From sequence record NC_029103.1: a stretch of DNA of 64,000 nucleotides. One strand, 5' to 3'. Of this stretch, positions 1-12,482 are shown piece after piece (within the stretch, counting starts at the first letter, position 1; each line of letters opens with the position of its first letter). The notes beneath the pieces were generated by a model. It was given only the letters and a program-made list of their open reading frames with translations, was not told the DNA's origin and searched no databases. The translations under genes were made by a program, and so were the position numbers.

Positions 1-55
1 CAAACGTATATGTTTAAATATTGTCTGGTAAGGAGTTATACTCAGTGAGATCAAA

Positions 56-340
56 ATGGTTGACCTAACCGGAAAGGTAACCGTAAAAGCAGTCCTCTAT
101 GAGGTTCTGGAACACGGTGACGTTGTTGTGTACAAAGCAGAGAAGGACGACGATAATTTGAAATTCGAAGATTTCTATATTGCAACATTTGACGATGTGC
201 GTTCTGAAACAGTATGGGGTATAGGATCAACTATCCTGGACGCACTTAAAGATGCTGAAATGAAATGGGACAGAAAAGAAGATGTTGATGATAACCCTTT
301 CAGAGAAGTTTTAGAAATTTTAAAAGAGGAAAATAATTAA
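56..340 (+). CDS. Acidic hypothetical protein, paralogue family A (single domain)
   Basis: Shares GD.VVY..DFYIAT.D..WG.G.T..AL..AE.KW..NPF..LE.LKEE with both halves of 58587..59369. Confidence 0.8.
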   Translation: MVDLTGKVTVKAVLYEVLEHGDVVVYKAEKDDDNLKFEDFYIATFDDVRSETVWGIGSTILDALKDAEMKWDRKEDVDDNPFREVLEILKEENN

Positions 341-366
341 TAAAAACTTCTAGATTAAAAAAAAGT

Positions 367-1032
367 CTAACTATTATTATTTGTTAAACCTTCTAATTCA
401 GGCAACTTGTGTTCTATATCATACAACACGTTACCTATCTCATCTAACAAGGCACTTAATACCTCTAATTTCTTATTCTTACTCATATTATCATAATAGT
501 ATATATACGGATCAATTTCATCATAATAGTTATAATTTTTGACTCCGAAGGCAATATCGCCTATCTTCCTGTACCAATAATCTAAATCAATATCACTTAA
601 TGACTCCCCGTCCTTTAATGCACGGTTAATTGCATTTCCGAACTCTTCCAATACCTCAGCATAAGCTTTTAGACGCCTAGCTTTACAGGTATCACTAAGC
701 TCATCATTTTGTATTATATTCTCATATAACATTGACAACGTGTCGGCTAGGTAATCTCTTGTATCGTCTGCGTAACTATCTAGTTCTAGATCCATCTCCT
801 GTTCCCATAGCTTCTCGTACTCCTTTTTCACTTCATCCCAGAACTTTTCTGATTTATCTATCTCTTTTTGAAGTTCATTATCCTCTTCCTCTGTAAGATA
901 CATATCTACGAACGTGTCTAACTGGTCTGGGCTATGATATTCCAAGCAATCAAGTACAGTGTCTCCAGAGATATTTGTACAGTAATCTACTACCCTTTCT
1001 ATTATGATTCCGGCTACCTCACTTGGTTCCAT
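367..1032 (-). CDS. Acidic helical hypothetical protein, paralogue family B
   Basis: ORF track 367..1083; likely start MEPSEV at 1032, with BRE/TATA (GAAAAG-ATTTATA) ~33 nt upstream; similar to 25093..25770 and 32233..32892. Confidence 0.75.
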   Translation of the reverse strand: MEPSEVAGIIIERVVDYCTNISGDTVLDCLEYHSPDQLDTFVDMYLTEEEDNELQKEIDKSEKFWDEVKKEYEKLWEQEMDLELDSYADDTRDYLADTLSMLYENIIQNDELSDTCKARRLKAYAEVLEEFGNAINRALKDGESLSDIDLDYWYRKIGDIAFGVKNYNYYDEIDPYIYYYDNMSKNKKLEVLSALLDEIGNVLYDIEHKLPELEGLTNNNS

Positions 1033-1279
1033 TTTTATTCCCAATACAAAATTCGTGGGTCGAGATATAAATCTTTTCCTCAAACAGATGTTTTAGACAG
1101 TGCTGACTTCCTCCTCGTCCTTCCAAGGCAGAGTAGCTCACTCTCTTTGTTTTTCCATTTTTTACGTTATTTCTGCCTAACTGGTTGGGCATAACCGTCA
1201 ATATTCAACATCACCAGAGTAGAAAAAGCGAAACGAAAAGCTTATTAATTCGTCAAACAGATGTTTTAGATGAAGAAAA

Positions 1280-1648
1280 ATGGTGGTTTCAGTAGTCCTT
1301 CCAGGTTTAAGCGGTAGAAAGGCAAAAATAGCAGGGTCTATTGTCAAAGTAACGTTTGGATCAGCCGATTTCGACGTTCCAAAAATAGCAATAGCACTAC
1401 TAATCGTCGGTGTGATCATAGGTCTTTCAGGACTTATCCTATCCATCTTCGCCACCGCTACTGCAGGAGCAATCGCCAATCCACAACCAGGAACATTAGC
1501 ATACAACATGACACACCCATTAGTCGACGGTATGGTATCGTTCTTCAGCTTCTTCCCAACGTTGTATGTACTCTTAGGCGTAACAGGAATAGTATTAATC
1601 GCGGCAGGAATAATATCCATAATAATGGACAAATTCAAGACGGGTTAA
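1280..1648 (+). CDS. Probable hydrophobic major capsid protein of spindle-shaped virus type
   Basis: 122 aa; two long hydrophobic helices joined by a loop with an N-M-T sequon; strong BRE/TATA; first gene of the structural block; architecture fits described spindle-virus MCPs. Confidence 0.65.
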   Translation: MVVSVVLPGLSGRKAKIAGSIVKVTFGSADFDVPKIAIALLIVGVIIGLSGLILSIFATATAGAIANPQPGTLAYNMTHPLVDGMVSFFSFFPTLYVLLGVTGIVLIAAGIISIIMDKFKTG

Positions 1649-1748
1649 AACTCTAAAGTTAAACACGTATTTTTTCGTTTATCCATTATCTTCTTCCTCC
1701 TTCTTCTTCCTCCTCTTTTTAATACTTTTGTGCTGTTAAGATATTAAC

Positions 1749-2597
1749 ATGGGTCTAAAAACACCACCTTCAAACGTAAGTTTGACAAACACTATAACTA
1801 TAACCCCACCACCACACACTACTCAGCAACAGCTTAGTCCTTTTTCGTTATTCCAAATGTTGCTATCTCCACCATACGTCTACATTTTCATCGCCTTAGG
1901 TGTGCTAATTGTAGTATTCATTGTCGTACTCTTAGCGTTCAGGAAGTCATACGCAAAAGACCCGATAAGAAGTGGACTAATACGACAAATCCGTCGTTCT
2001 AAGAACAGTGACGTNGTAGTCGTGAACGTCGATATAGCTACCAGGTCTGCCCAGTTATATATCGGTGAGAAATTGTCNCCNTCNNTNTACACAATCCACG
2101 ACCCGGTTACAGGAGAGGAGCTGATAGTTCCGGTAACCTCTGAGTCTATGGTAGGGATGATACAGTACGGAAAGATACACAGACCGCTGTTAATCACAAT
2201 AAGGAAAAGTAATACAATGCCGTTTGCAATAAGGTTAGAGACGTTAGAAACATCAATACCTGTGTCTGAGTATGATACTGCAGAACCGGAACTGTTAGCA
2301 CAGTTGGCAAAGGTCAAAAAGATGATTACCGGTACTATAACGTTGTCTCCTACGACAAAGCTTGCTATTGCTGTTGACCCTAAGTTGTTATTGAGCAGAC
2401 GGCTATCGCAGGAATTGGAAATACTCAGTACAATACCAACGGCAGTTAAGGAGATGAACACAAACTTAGTGAAGTTATTGAAGTTGCAAAATGAGAGTAA
2501 GCGTGTACAAACGATGGGTAGAATAATGCTATACTTCGTTATCGGCATAATGGCGATGATGTTCCTTGCAGTGCTGTTCGGTTTACATATAATTTAA
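1749..2597 (+). CDS. Membrane protein with N- and C-terminal TM helices
   Basis: Hydrophobic stretches near residues 43-64 and at the C-terminus. Confidence 0.7.
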   Translation: MGLKTPPSNVSLTNTITITPPPHTTQQQLSPFSLFQMLLSPPYVYIFIALGVLIVVFIVVLLAFRKSYAKDPIRSGLIRQIRRSKNSDXVVVNVDIATRSAQLYIGEKLXXXXYTIHDPVTGEELIVPVTSESMVGMIQYGKIHRPLLITIRKSNTMPFAIRLETLETSIPVSEYDTAEPELLAQLAKVKKMITGTITLSPTTKLAIAVDPKLLLSRRLSQELEILSTIPTAVKEMNTNLVKLLKLQNESKRVQTMGRIMLYFVIGIMAMMFLAVLFGLHII

Positions 2598-2697
2598 CCT
2601 ATTTTTTTCCCCTTGTCTCTGCTTCTACAGTCCGTTAGTGTCGAGTAAGAAAATTTTTAATAGCTACGAGCAAACATATGTTTGAGGGATGTGAAAA

Positions 2698-4968
2698 ATG
2701 AGTAACAACAACGCTTCACTCGTCCCGTTAAACGAGTATCTCCTCCAGGTTTTTTCTAAGTTCCTACTATCTAAAGATTTTATATTTGACTACGATGTAT
2801 CAAAGAACTACGACGGATCATTAACGTTAGTTAATTATAAGCCTTTTGCAACGTTTAGCTATGATACCTCGCCAGGATATATGCCATTTATAATTCAAAT
2901 AAGTACTTCAGGGAAGAAACGCCACTGGAAGAAATACCCCTTTGCCCACATAATAGAATATGGTGAACGTGGTAAGGAAAAGTTCGTACCTTTAGATGAA
3001 GATAGTATTATCAATATAATCGAGGGATACGGTTTTACACTTTATTATAAGAATATTGATGTCAATGTAGTGCAAAGTGGTACAAATAAAGAATATAATT
3101 CAAAGGTAGTCTTAATCTATCCAAAAACTCCATTTGGTAAGGACACCTCGGAAGAAGATAAGAAAAAGATTGAGGCAAAAGTAAAATCAGTAATTCAAGC
3201 ATTACAGTCCGTTAGCCCTATGATCCGAGATAATTTCGATGCAATATATACGATTCAAACTTCCTCCAAGCAGGACTTATACCCGCACATTATACTCATC
3301 CCTAAGGGGCTTCTAAATGAAATTTCCGATTTCCTGATATCTCAGTATAAACAAACTTATGGAAATGTTACCTTACCACCTGCAGAATTTGTACCTAANG
3401 AAGATGTGAAGTCCCAAGAAATANAACAATTCNNNGANAAGNTNCCNNTCGANNTNNTTGGNAAAGCNGTCANAGGTACATACGGTTCTTATCCAGCAGT
3501 ACTTTTACCGAAAGGAGANTANTCNCANTACCTCACAGGCAACGAACGTGTAATCAACNTCGGNGAAAATGATGTAATAGTTTTCGTCAATCCTCAGACT
3601 CAGAGTANCCCACAACAAGTAGTTCCCACCCCTCAAGCTCAAGAACAACAAAATACAGCTTCTTTAGGTACTCCACAACAAAGTACTCCACAACAACAAA
3701 CCCCTACTCCTGAACAGCAGAACGTAGAACAGAATGCAGTAGAAAATAGAAGTAATAACCTTAATAACTTAGAAAAAGTACTCAATATCGAACTTTCACT
3801 CTACATTCCCGACTGGCTAAAACCATACCTAAACAAATACGGCATAAAGAAGGGAGAATCTTTAAGCAGAAAAGAGCGTGAGGAGTTCGCTGAAAAGATC
3901 TGGAACGAGTTACAAAAGAACTGGAAAAGAATCTTGGAATTATTAGACGTTAACAACGCCAGTATTCTTCCTACTACCGTCCTGGCGTTAGTTACCAAAT
4001 TCCCGTCTGAATACAAAGCTTCAAGTAAGAAAGTTACCTACCAGTCAGGGAATGTCATAGAAGAGACTACCAGAAGCGTTCTGTCTAATGTATTCGCAGA
4101 ACTCAGACAGAATTACCTCATACCGTTGTTAGACTCTTTTGCCCCAGACCAAGTGTTGGACTTAAGAGTTATCAGACCACTGAGTCCGGACGAGTTCGAG
4201 AAGTACCAACAAGAACTTAGTAACATGGTGGACTTCTACAGGGACGCATATATGATCTTCTCATTCACCAACTGGTTCAGAGACAAAGGTTACCAACAGA
4301 TAAAGGGTACCAGTAACCTTAAGGAACCAAATCCTGAGAAGCTCAAATATCTTCACGACCTTGTTGATGCCTTTACACATCTAAAGTCTATAGGTCTCTC
4401 TGTACCACTAATTGTAGACAAAAATAACACGCTGTTGGTCGGGTCGCTTAACGACCTATCACCAGAAGGGGAGTATACCGTACTAAAGATAAAGGACTTC
4501 GACCTCAACCAAACCAGTGAAGAGGAATTGAAGGAATTAAAATCACTTTTGGATTTTGCAAAGAAAGCCTTTGACGACCAGTACGGTGTGTTAATTGCCA
4601 AAACTACTATAAGTCCTGCGACTCTTGACATGCAAGTNTTNAAAACCATAGTGAAATTATTAGGTATATGTTCGGAAGAGGACGAAATCTGTTTGTATAA
4701 GGCGAGACAACAATTATCAGCTTTCCCCGAGTCGCTTAAGGACAAGTTTATAGATAACATCGCAAAGGAAACCGGAAGGAACCCGAAGTACAGGATACAA
4801 TTAATTAACTTGTTCGCAACACTGTTCGCACTTGTTAACTACTACGACTATCTGTCCNCNTTGCAGAGTGAAGAGATAAAGAACCAAGCTATTAGGAAAC
4901 TAAGGGAAGAGGAAGAGGAAAAAGCTAAGAAGATACTTGATATGGTGAAGGAAGGCTTAAGGCTCTGA
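2698..4968 (+). CDS. Large putative virion/morphogenesis protein with Q/P/T-rich linker
   Basis: 756-aa ORF with own promoter and SD (GAGG); central QQ..TP repeats. Confidence 0.7.
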   Translation: MSNNNASLVPLNEYLLQVFSKFLLSKDFIFDYDVSKNYDGSLTLVNYKPFATFSYDTSPGYMPFIIQISTSGKKRHWKKYPFAHIIEYGERGKEKFVPLDEDSIINIIEGYGFTLYYKNIDVNVVQSGTNKEYNSKVVLIYPKTPFGKDTSEEDKKKIEAKVKSVIQALQSVSPMIRDNFDAIYTIQTSSKQDLYPHIILIPKGLLNEISDFLISQYKQTYGNVTLPPAEFVPXEDVKSQEIXQFXXKXXXXXXXKXVXGTYGSYPAVLLPKGXXXXYLTGNERVINXXENDVIVFVNPQTQSXPQQVVPTPQAQEQQNTASLGTPQQSTPQQQTPTPEQQNVEQNAVENRSNNLNNLEKVLNIELSLYIPDWLKPYLNKYGIKKGESLSRKEREEFAEKIWNELQKNWKRILELLDVNNASILPTTVLALVTKFPSEYKASSKKVTYQSGNVIEETTRSVLSNVFAELRQNYLIPLLDSFAPDQVLDLRVIRPLSPDEFEKYQQELSNMVDFYRDAYMIFSFTNWFRDKGYQQIKGTSNLKEPNPEKLKYLHDLVDAFTHLKSIGLSVPLIVDKNNTLLVGSLNDLSPEGEYTVLKIKDFDLNQTSEEELKELKSLLDFAKKAFDDQYGVLIAKTTISPATLDMQXXKTIVKLLGICSEEDEICLYKARQQLSAFPESLKDKFIDNIAKETGRNPKYRIQLINLFATLFALVNYYDYLSXLQSEEIKNQAIRKLREEEEEKAKKILDMVKEGLRL

Positions 4969-5013
4969 TAATATTTTTAAACCATTACTCAAACATATGT
5001 TTTGGGGAAAAAG

Positions 5014-5415
5014 ATGAGCTGGTCAAATTGGGTTAGATCAGAGTTCAACGACTTACATCCAGAGAAGTACGCCAGAGACGCATTACACACGNTNNTATTA
5101 TTCGAAAGAGGGGAAATAGACTATCCTGAAGTAACACTGAAACTTGCAGGAGATGAGGCNTGGTCTGACGCCTTCCCACCTTTGAAGTAAAGCGTTACAC
5201 GACCTTGTACTCTTAAATAAAAGACGAAATAAAANAGAAACGGCATACCTGACGGCACGCCAGTACCTGACTGCGTTAAGGAGAGAAATAACTNAAGGAA
5301 GCTAAGAAACGCGGGATACTGCAAAACGTTAGAGGAATGGGCTAACGGNTACGAAGAAAGCTATGATTTTGAACNAGNTAGGGTGATTAAGAAAATGGGT
5401 TTTTTNCTGATCTAG
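5014..5415 (+). CDS. ATV p131/p145-like structural protein paralogue, frame broken in consensus
   Basis: GEIDYPEVTLKLAGDE matches the recalled ATV p131 core; reading continues KALHDLVLL.. across indels in an N-rich stretch. Confidence 0.6.
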
Positions 5416-5456
5416 CCACAGCGTTACGTTCATCTATTTCTTTCATAGTTATCGTT

Positions 5457-5711
5457 ATGTTTACGATAATATTCATTATAGTCTTCGGTCTCCTTGTGTA
5501 CTTTTTCAACGTCTTCAACACTGCACAGTCTCAAGTGTCTCAAACCGTTCATCCTACGAACAATATTTCACATGCAGTCTCCGCTGATATACATAATGCT
5601 TATACAGGTTTCGTCCCATACGTAAACTACTGGATGTACGGACTTGGAATAGGTATAGTTGTAGCTCTCATTTTTATTATAGCGACATCGATTAGGGAGG
5701 AAGGTGAATGA
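5457..5711 (+). CDS. Small two-TM protein, possible minor capsid protein
   Basis: Hydrophobic helix - loop with N-I-S sequon - hydrophobic helix. Confidence 0.6.
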   Translation: MFTIIFIIVFGLLVYFFNVFNTAQSQVSQTVHPTNNISHAVSADIHNAYTGFVPYVNYWMYGLGIGIVVALIFIIATSIREEGE

Positions 5712-6040
5712 TAATGGAACTCAAACCGTCCATAACTACAGCAATAATATTTTTTGCGTTGGCTACGATGTTAGTAGTCGTAGCTTTCCCGTTCTTTAAC
5801 CTCATAAGTAAACAAGTCCTCATTATCTCTAACACTTCTATAATCTATACAAATAGTACAAGAGATTCGGTACAAGTAGCTAATTCCACATTTACGGTGA
5901 ATCAACCGCAATATTATTCCCAACAGTTCAATGTCCTGTTGACGTTCTACAGTATTATTGCATACCCGTTTTTTGATATTACAGTGTTCATAATGATCGT
6001 TGGGCTTGCGTTCATCTACTGGTTTTTGCGAGAAAGATAG
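5708..6040 (+). CDS. Small two-TM protein, possible minor capsid protein
   Basis: Two hydrophobic helices; loop with NTS/NST/NST sequons; overlaps upstream stop. Confidence 0.6.
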   Translation: MIMELKPSITTAIIFFALATMLVVVAFPFFNLISKQVLIISNTSIIYTNSTRDSVQVANSTFTVNQPQYYSQQFNVLLTFYSIIAYPFFDITVFIMIVGLAFIYWFLRER

Positions 6041-6105
6041 TAGACCTAATGGGGAGCAACAAAAATCTCGTAATCTTTAAAACAGCTGTTTAAGAGATAT
6101 ATTTA

Positions 6106-9100
6106 ATGAGTGAGAATACTGTCCCACAACAGATAAACCAGCTACTCTCTCAGGGCAATTATCAGCAAGCATTACAGTTAGCACAAAAATACGGTTTAAC
6201 CGAAACAGCACAAGAAATCCAAGCGTTAATATACGTACAACAGGCGATTAACAACGCAGAGAACGGTAACCTCGACCAAGCATTAACTGATTTGCAGAAC
6301 GCACAGAAGTTAGACCCTGAAATAAACTTACAACCCTATTTCGCTTATCTCAACGTTATCCAGCTTTTCGATTCTGCGAATGAGGCACTGAAGAACGATG
6401 ACTACAACACCGCTTTAACTGACCTAAACCAAGCTCTACAAATAGCTCAACAGTACCCGAATGTGATCAACGTATCGCAAATACAACAACAGATACAGAC
6501 AGTGCAAGCTCTGCAACAGATAAACCAGTACATCAATAACGCTAACAGCGAACTGGAAAAAGCAAATTTCGCACAAGCTTACCAGTACCTTCAGCAAGCC
6601 TTACAACTGGCACAACAAAACAATATCAGCGACAAGAGACTCGAAAACGTAACAACAGCCGTTTCATTCTTAGCGAAGATACCTCCGTTCCCACAACCAC
6701 CGGAAGGAGAAATAACATTACAAGAGTTGCAACAGTACTTACAATCACTGAAATCATACTTCTCCACAGCATCACAGTACGCTACAGAAGCGTCACGGTA
6801 TTACAACGGTTTTTCAGTCCTTGCAAACGGTTACCAACAGTCAGAACAGGTCAGTTCTCAGCTCCTGGATGTTGTTAATCTGTTAGTCTATGCACAAGAT
6901 ATTGTAGAAGGAAAGAGAAGCGTACCAATGCCTGTACAGGATAAGAACCAAATATCTGAAACACAATACGCAATAAATCTTATACAACAAGCACAGGAAC
7001 AATTAGGCAACATTAACGCTAACGACACACCATTAGCAGGTTTAGCGAATTCGTTATCCGAAACTGCCCAGAAAATGTATACTATATACACTGCTTACTT
7101 ACAAGTACTTGAGGACATAGGAGAAGCACAACAAGAGGCAGTAAATGGGAACTATTCTCAAGCTGTTCAGTATCTTCAACAGGCGTCACAAATAGCACAA
7201 CAGAACGATATTACGATAAACTTAACTAACTATATTCAAGGTTTTACGGTTTTAGAGGGCTTACAACCATTACCTAAGCAACCTTCTAAACAAACGTTCC
7301 TTACTCTTTCTCAATATTTCAACAGTGTGTATCAGGTTCTTCAGCAGAACTACCAGGTTTTGGAAAAGGCTTCTAAATACCTTCAACTAAATTTACAGGC
7401 AGTCCAAGGTGACATCCAGGACGCTAAGAACATATCGCAAGCCATGCAGTTGTTAGCAGAAGCCCAGTTTTTACTTACACCATCACCAAACAATACATTA
7501 GTCACCAATGTTGTGAACAAAATTCGGCAAATTTTTGGCTCATCATCAAACAACACATCATCGTCCTCTAATATCATAAGCATGATTCTATCGAATAAGG
7601 ACACAATTCTAAACAATATTTCGCAAGCTCTGCGGTTACTGAGCGAAAGTGAGAGCTACGATATGCAAAGTACCGCTCAACAGCTGTTTGAAATGGCACA
7701 AAAATACCAAGCCCAAGTGCAGACTTACTTGGCAGGACTTGAGAAGACTCAGCAAACACTAGACGCCTTGAACACTGTAAACTCACTCGTAACTCAACAA
7801 CCAAATGCTAATTCCCCGTCAGCATACTTTCTGGCTTTACAAAACAACTATACCGAAGCTCTTAGAGTGTTAAAGAACGCAATGTCTTCCGCTATGCAAG
7901 CTAACTCTCTCTTCGAACAGATTAATGCTACACCACCGTTTGATATGAACCAATTTGAAAATGAGGATGTTGCGTTAGAGCAGTTCATTCAGCTCTTCGG
8001 GACTACTGCAAGTGCATATTCGTCAGTTGAAAGTTTATTAAACAATCAAGGTAACTTAAGTACTCCCTCAGATTACGCGAAGTATTACCAGAACGTAGCC
8101 TCCACGATACAGATGGCAATACAGCAAATAAATGCATTAAGGATTAGTGACAACGATGTTGTACAAGTAAGGCAACAAATAATTCAGTCGTTGCAAGAAA
8201 ACGAGACTAACTACCTGGCTTTATCGAACGCCTTTAACATAATAGCCCAAGCAGGGAATTCTCCACAGTCCTTAGCTCAAGCTTACAAGCAAGCATCACA
8301 GTACCTTTCTCAGTACCAAGCACTTCAGTCTGTTGCACAACAATTCGCAAATATGAGCGAATTCTACACTCTCATTGCACAGGCTAACGGACTCCTTCAA
8401 CAAGCGAGGAACACCTCCTCTCTTAGTACCGAAATTTCTCTAATGGAGCAGGCAAGGGAATATCTACAACAAACGCTCCAATACGTCCCGTCTAATTCAC
8501 AAGCATATCAAACCATTCAGAACGAGATATCGAATATTAACAAAGCAGTAAGCGTATTACAGAATGTACAACCCTTGCAACAACAACTAAAGAACGCGTT
8601 AAATAACGGGGACTGGTTATCTGCTTTATATTATTATAATGAATTATTGCAAACAACACAAGGTACTAACATAAACAACGTGATTACCGATGTATCACAA
8701 AATAACTACTTTAAAGCGATACAAGACGTTAACAACAACTCATCACTTCAACCGCAACAAAAACAGTTCTTGAACAGCCTTATAGCTACGGCAGGCATTA
8801 ACACGTATTACTTGCCTCTGATGCAGTCCTCACTACAACAGGCTCAGTCACAAGCGTCTTCTTTGCAATTGTCCAATACCTTCAATTTCGCCGAACAGAT
8901 GCAACCAGTAGCCAATGACTTGCAGAACGCACTTCAGTATGCTCAGGATGCTGAGAACTTAGCACAATATGTTTCTCCTCAGCTACAACAGAACTTATCC
9001 CAAGTCGTGTCAAAGATCCAGGAGAAGTATAACGCAATTGAGGAACAGATACATAGTGCCGAAAGTAATTGGCTACTTAACGGGTTTGAAGGTTTTGTTA

Positions 9101-12100
9101 ACACTTTTAACACCGCTATAAACGACCTGATGAACGATATTAACAACTTTATTTATTCACATTTAGGTAAGAATACTTTCACTGAAATCTTGGCAGGGAT
9201 CGTTGACGGTGCCATATTTGTAGCAATCTCCGCTATTCCTTATGTCGGGCAAGCCTTCGATGTATTGTCGTTGATATCTTTTGTTGGTAGTATAGCATTT
9301 GATTTGTTAGCTGGTTCTGCGTCATATAACGAGACGGTTAATTCCTTCAAACAGATGTTTACAAACCCAACGTCAATATCAACGATAGTGACACTGATAA
9401 CTGGTGTACTTGCAAGAAAGTTGATAGAACCAGACGAGGTAGCCACTACTGACATAACTAAGACTACGGACAGCGTGAAAACAGTCCTGTCAAAAATTGA
9501 GGATTCTATAAAGGACAAGGTCGACATATCAAAAATAAGTGGTAAGGTAACTGATACTGTCAAAACAGACGTAATCAAGTCCCCAGACTTCTCAAAAATT
9601 AATGAACCTGGTGAAAGAGGTAAAGATAGATAAGCTAGACATTAAGGCACTGAAGAAATTAAGTAACAAGATGGTAAAGATTGAAGGGGACGCATANNAA
9701 TTCGTTGATACTGATATATCCGACACAAAGATTACGATAACAACTTCATACATTTTAAAGGACGTAAAACTGAAGGCGTTTGACGGAGCAAAGAATATTG
9801 TAGTAAAGTTAAGCAAAGACTTTGATAAGGGTATAGAAGTTAACGTTACACCGAAGCTTATTGACGATGTTGATAATGCAGTTGCNACATTTGAAAANGG
9901 NNAANTCAAGNTCACAACGNTNANNGAAGAGACCATAAAGAACGCACTNTCTTCAAACGATTTAGNCACAGCTCTGGACACTATCAAAACTAANNTGNCN
10001 GNGACTGTCGNCAAACAACTGCTTGATGAACTCAAAACGNAAGACGGCAACATAGTGAAAATATCCCCAGACGAGGGCATNGCNTATNTCGGTGGTAAAT
10101 TCTACGATGTGTTCTACAAGGACGGCACACNAGNGAAGATGGANGNGATANATGACGNTNTNGCATTAGNTAAGCTAGAAAAATTCGNAGAGGACACTGT
10201 AGGTAACTTCGTAACGCTTAACAAGAACTTGATAGAACAACTGTTGAAGAACAACGAAAACTTGCGGACTATCGAATACCAATTAACAAATAAGCTTACA
10301 GGCAACGTTGTAAGGAATGAGTACCTGAGAATTAAGGACTTATTAGGGAATGAGACAAAGTTCACGTCCAAAACTGAGATAAACCCTAACGAAATAAAAT
10401 CAATTAATGAAATTGAAGGAAAGAATCTACCTGAAATATCTCAAAGTTCTGGGTATTTAACACCACAGGAAGTCGATAATCTACTCAGCTTTGATAACAA
10501 GTTTTCGCAGATATTCAGGCAACTAATTGATGAACANCCNGAGGTCAAAGACTTACTTGAGAAGTTAGCGTCGAAAGGAAAATTGCCAGCTAGTTTNANA
10601 CNACTTGAAGATATAGCTGATAAGATAGAATCATTTTACGANGCTCTGGACAANGAAGTGAAAGATATAGAGAGCAAGTTAAGCAGTAACCCACTATTCG
10701 ACGGTGTAAAATGTCTCGAGTGTTGTTAAGTCTATTGCGGAAAAANTAGTAAAGAATAAACCCAGATGACGTACTGGACGGCGANGTACCTAAGATNTCA
10801 CTATCAGATGTCCTAGACCGCTTAAGCACAGCAGATAGGGCTAAAGTAGTGTTGAATTACCTGAAGACAGACCCTAAGGTATACGAACGAGGTAATGCAA
10901 AAAACTGAGCAATTTCTCTAGCTGATACTAGAGATTACATACTAGCCCAAGCATACGACCAGATTGCTATAGCAATGAAGAATAATAAACCGATAACTGC
11001 CGATGGACTGGAAAACGTAGTTTGCAGATATAGACGACGCTATAGAAAATATAGAAAATATAAAGTCCTACAGAATCACAAACACCTGTTTCAACAACAA
11101 ACACCACTTCTAACACTACCACCTCAACAACAACAACTACAGAGGGTACAGCTTCGAACAGCTCTTTCAAACGGCACATCAACAGTCCTACAATCATCAG
11201 AACAACAGCAAGGAGGGGTATTGACGAGAGTNTCTCTAAANNCAATGGTAGAAAACGCCTTATCGAGCCTATTCCCAGATTTCGAAAAACTNCCGTCAAC
11301 TGTGAAAACGTTATTTGAGAACATTGTCCTCAGGGAGTTAGGCGAAAAAGGAGAACTAACAACAGAAGACATAACGAAAGCATTAGAGGACGCAAAAGCA
11401 GAGTATCAAGCGATATTGGACAGCATCAAGAAGATGGTTAATGACGTTAAAACTGAAGTGAAGACTAGNAGNGAAGAAGAAAACATTGTAAATAACCTGG
11501 ACACTAGTATAGNCGANCTGGAGAAAAAAGTAAAGTTTGATGTGAAAAAGCTGTCGCAATTCTTGTCTATAGCTAGTTTCGTAGCAGACATGTTTAACGT
11601 CGCAACAGCAGTTGAACTTATAACACAACTGAATGCACTCACTCCCCAACAGTTACAGCACACGATTATCCTTACCCAACCTCAGCTGGAGACAATAACT
11701 AGTATTGCCCCAACAATTAAGGAACTAATCGTAAAGTTGGACAAAGGCGTGAAACTAAAAGACTTACAAGGTATAGCAGTGCAAATTAGGGACGCTTTGC
11801 AGAAGATGGGGATTAATATCGACGTCGAACAGTTGCTAAGGATAATTAGTGTGTTACAAACTATAACTAAGGAGTTCAATTTACAAATTAGCGAGATAGC
11901 GTCTCTTATCGCTATAAACGATGTTAACGGTTTAACTGTTATTCCTATACCCGTCATATCAGGTATTACGTCACTGATTACGTCTATCCAGACTGGAAAC
12001 ACTACCACAATAACTGGAAACACTACTTCAGTCGGCAGTGAAGAAATCCCAGAAACAACGCTATCTGTTGGCACCATACCACTGCAAGGAGAAGCAATAC

Positions 12101-12258
12101 AACAGCTACAACAATTGTTAACACCACCAAACGCTACACCACCTAATATTAATAATGAAGAAGGAGGGTCTCAAGGAGGAGGGGTTGCTGTACCTCCATC
12201 GTATTCAACGTCACAAACAACATCATATAAGTCGAAACAACAATATTTAATAATATGA
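6106..12258 (+). CDS. Giant (~2050 aa) TPR-like/coiled-coil Gln-rich virion protein; ORF-track pieces 6106..9633, 9602..10729 and 10975..12258 are probably one gene
   Basis: Helical A/Q/L repeats, a central hydrophobic hairpin, coding-like sequence across the breaks, which lie in or beside N-rich consensus; no promoter seen between pieces. Confidence 0.6.
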
Positions 12259-12482
12259 AAGTGACGGTAGTTAGCTAGAGCCAGTTCGAATTAACGTAAT
12301 CTTTTTTCCTTACTTCGTACTTTTTTCCGTATATAGCATTTCGAACTTTTGCCTCTTTTTCTTCCCCTTCACCTGGTTTCAACAGTGCGAAATTAAAACA
12401 GCAGTGGAAGCCCGTCCTTCGGCTCCAGTTTCCCCTCAAACAGATGTTTATATTTTTTTAGCCTGCTTGAAAATCTTATGAT

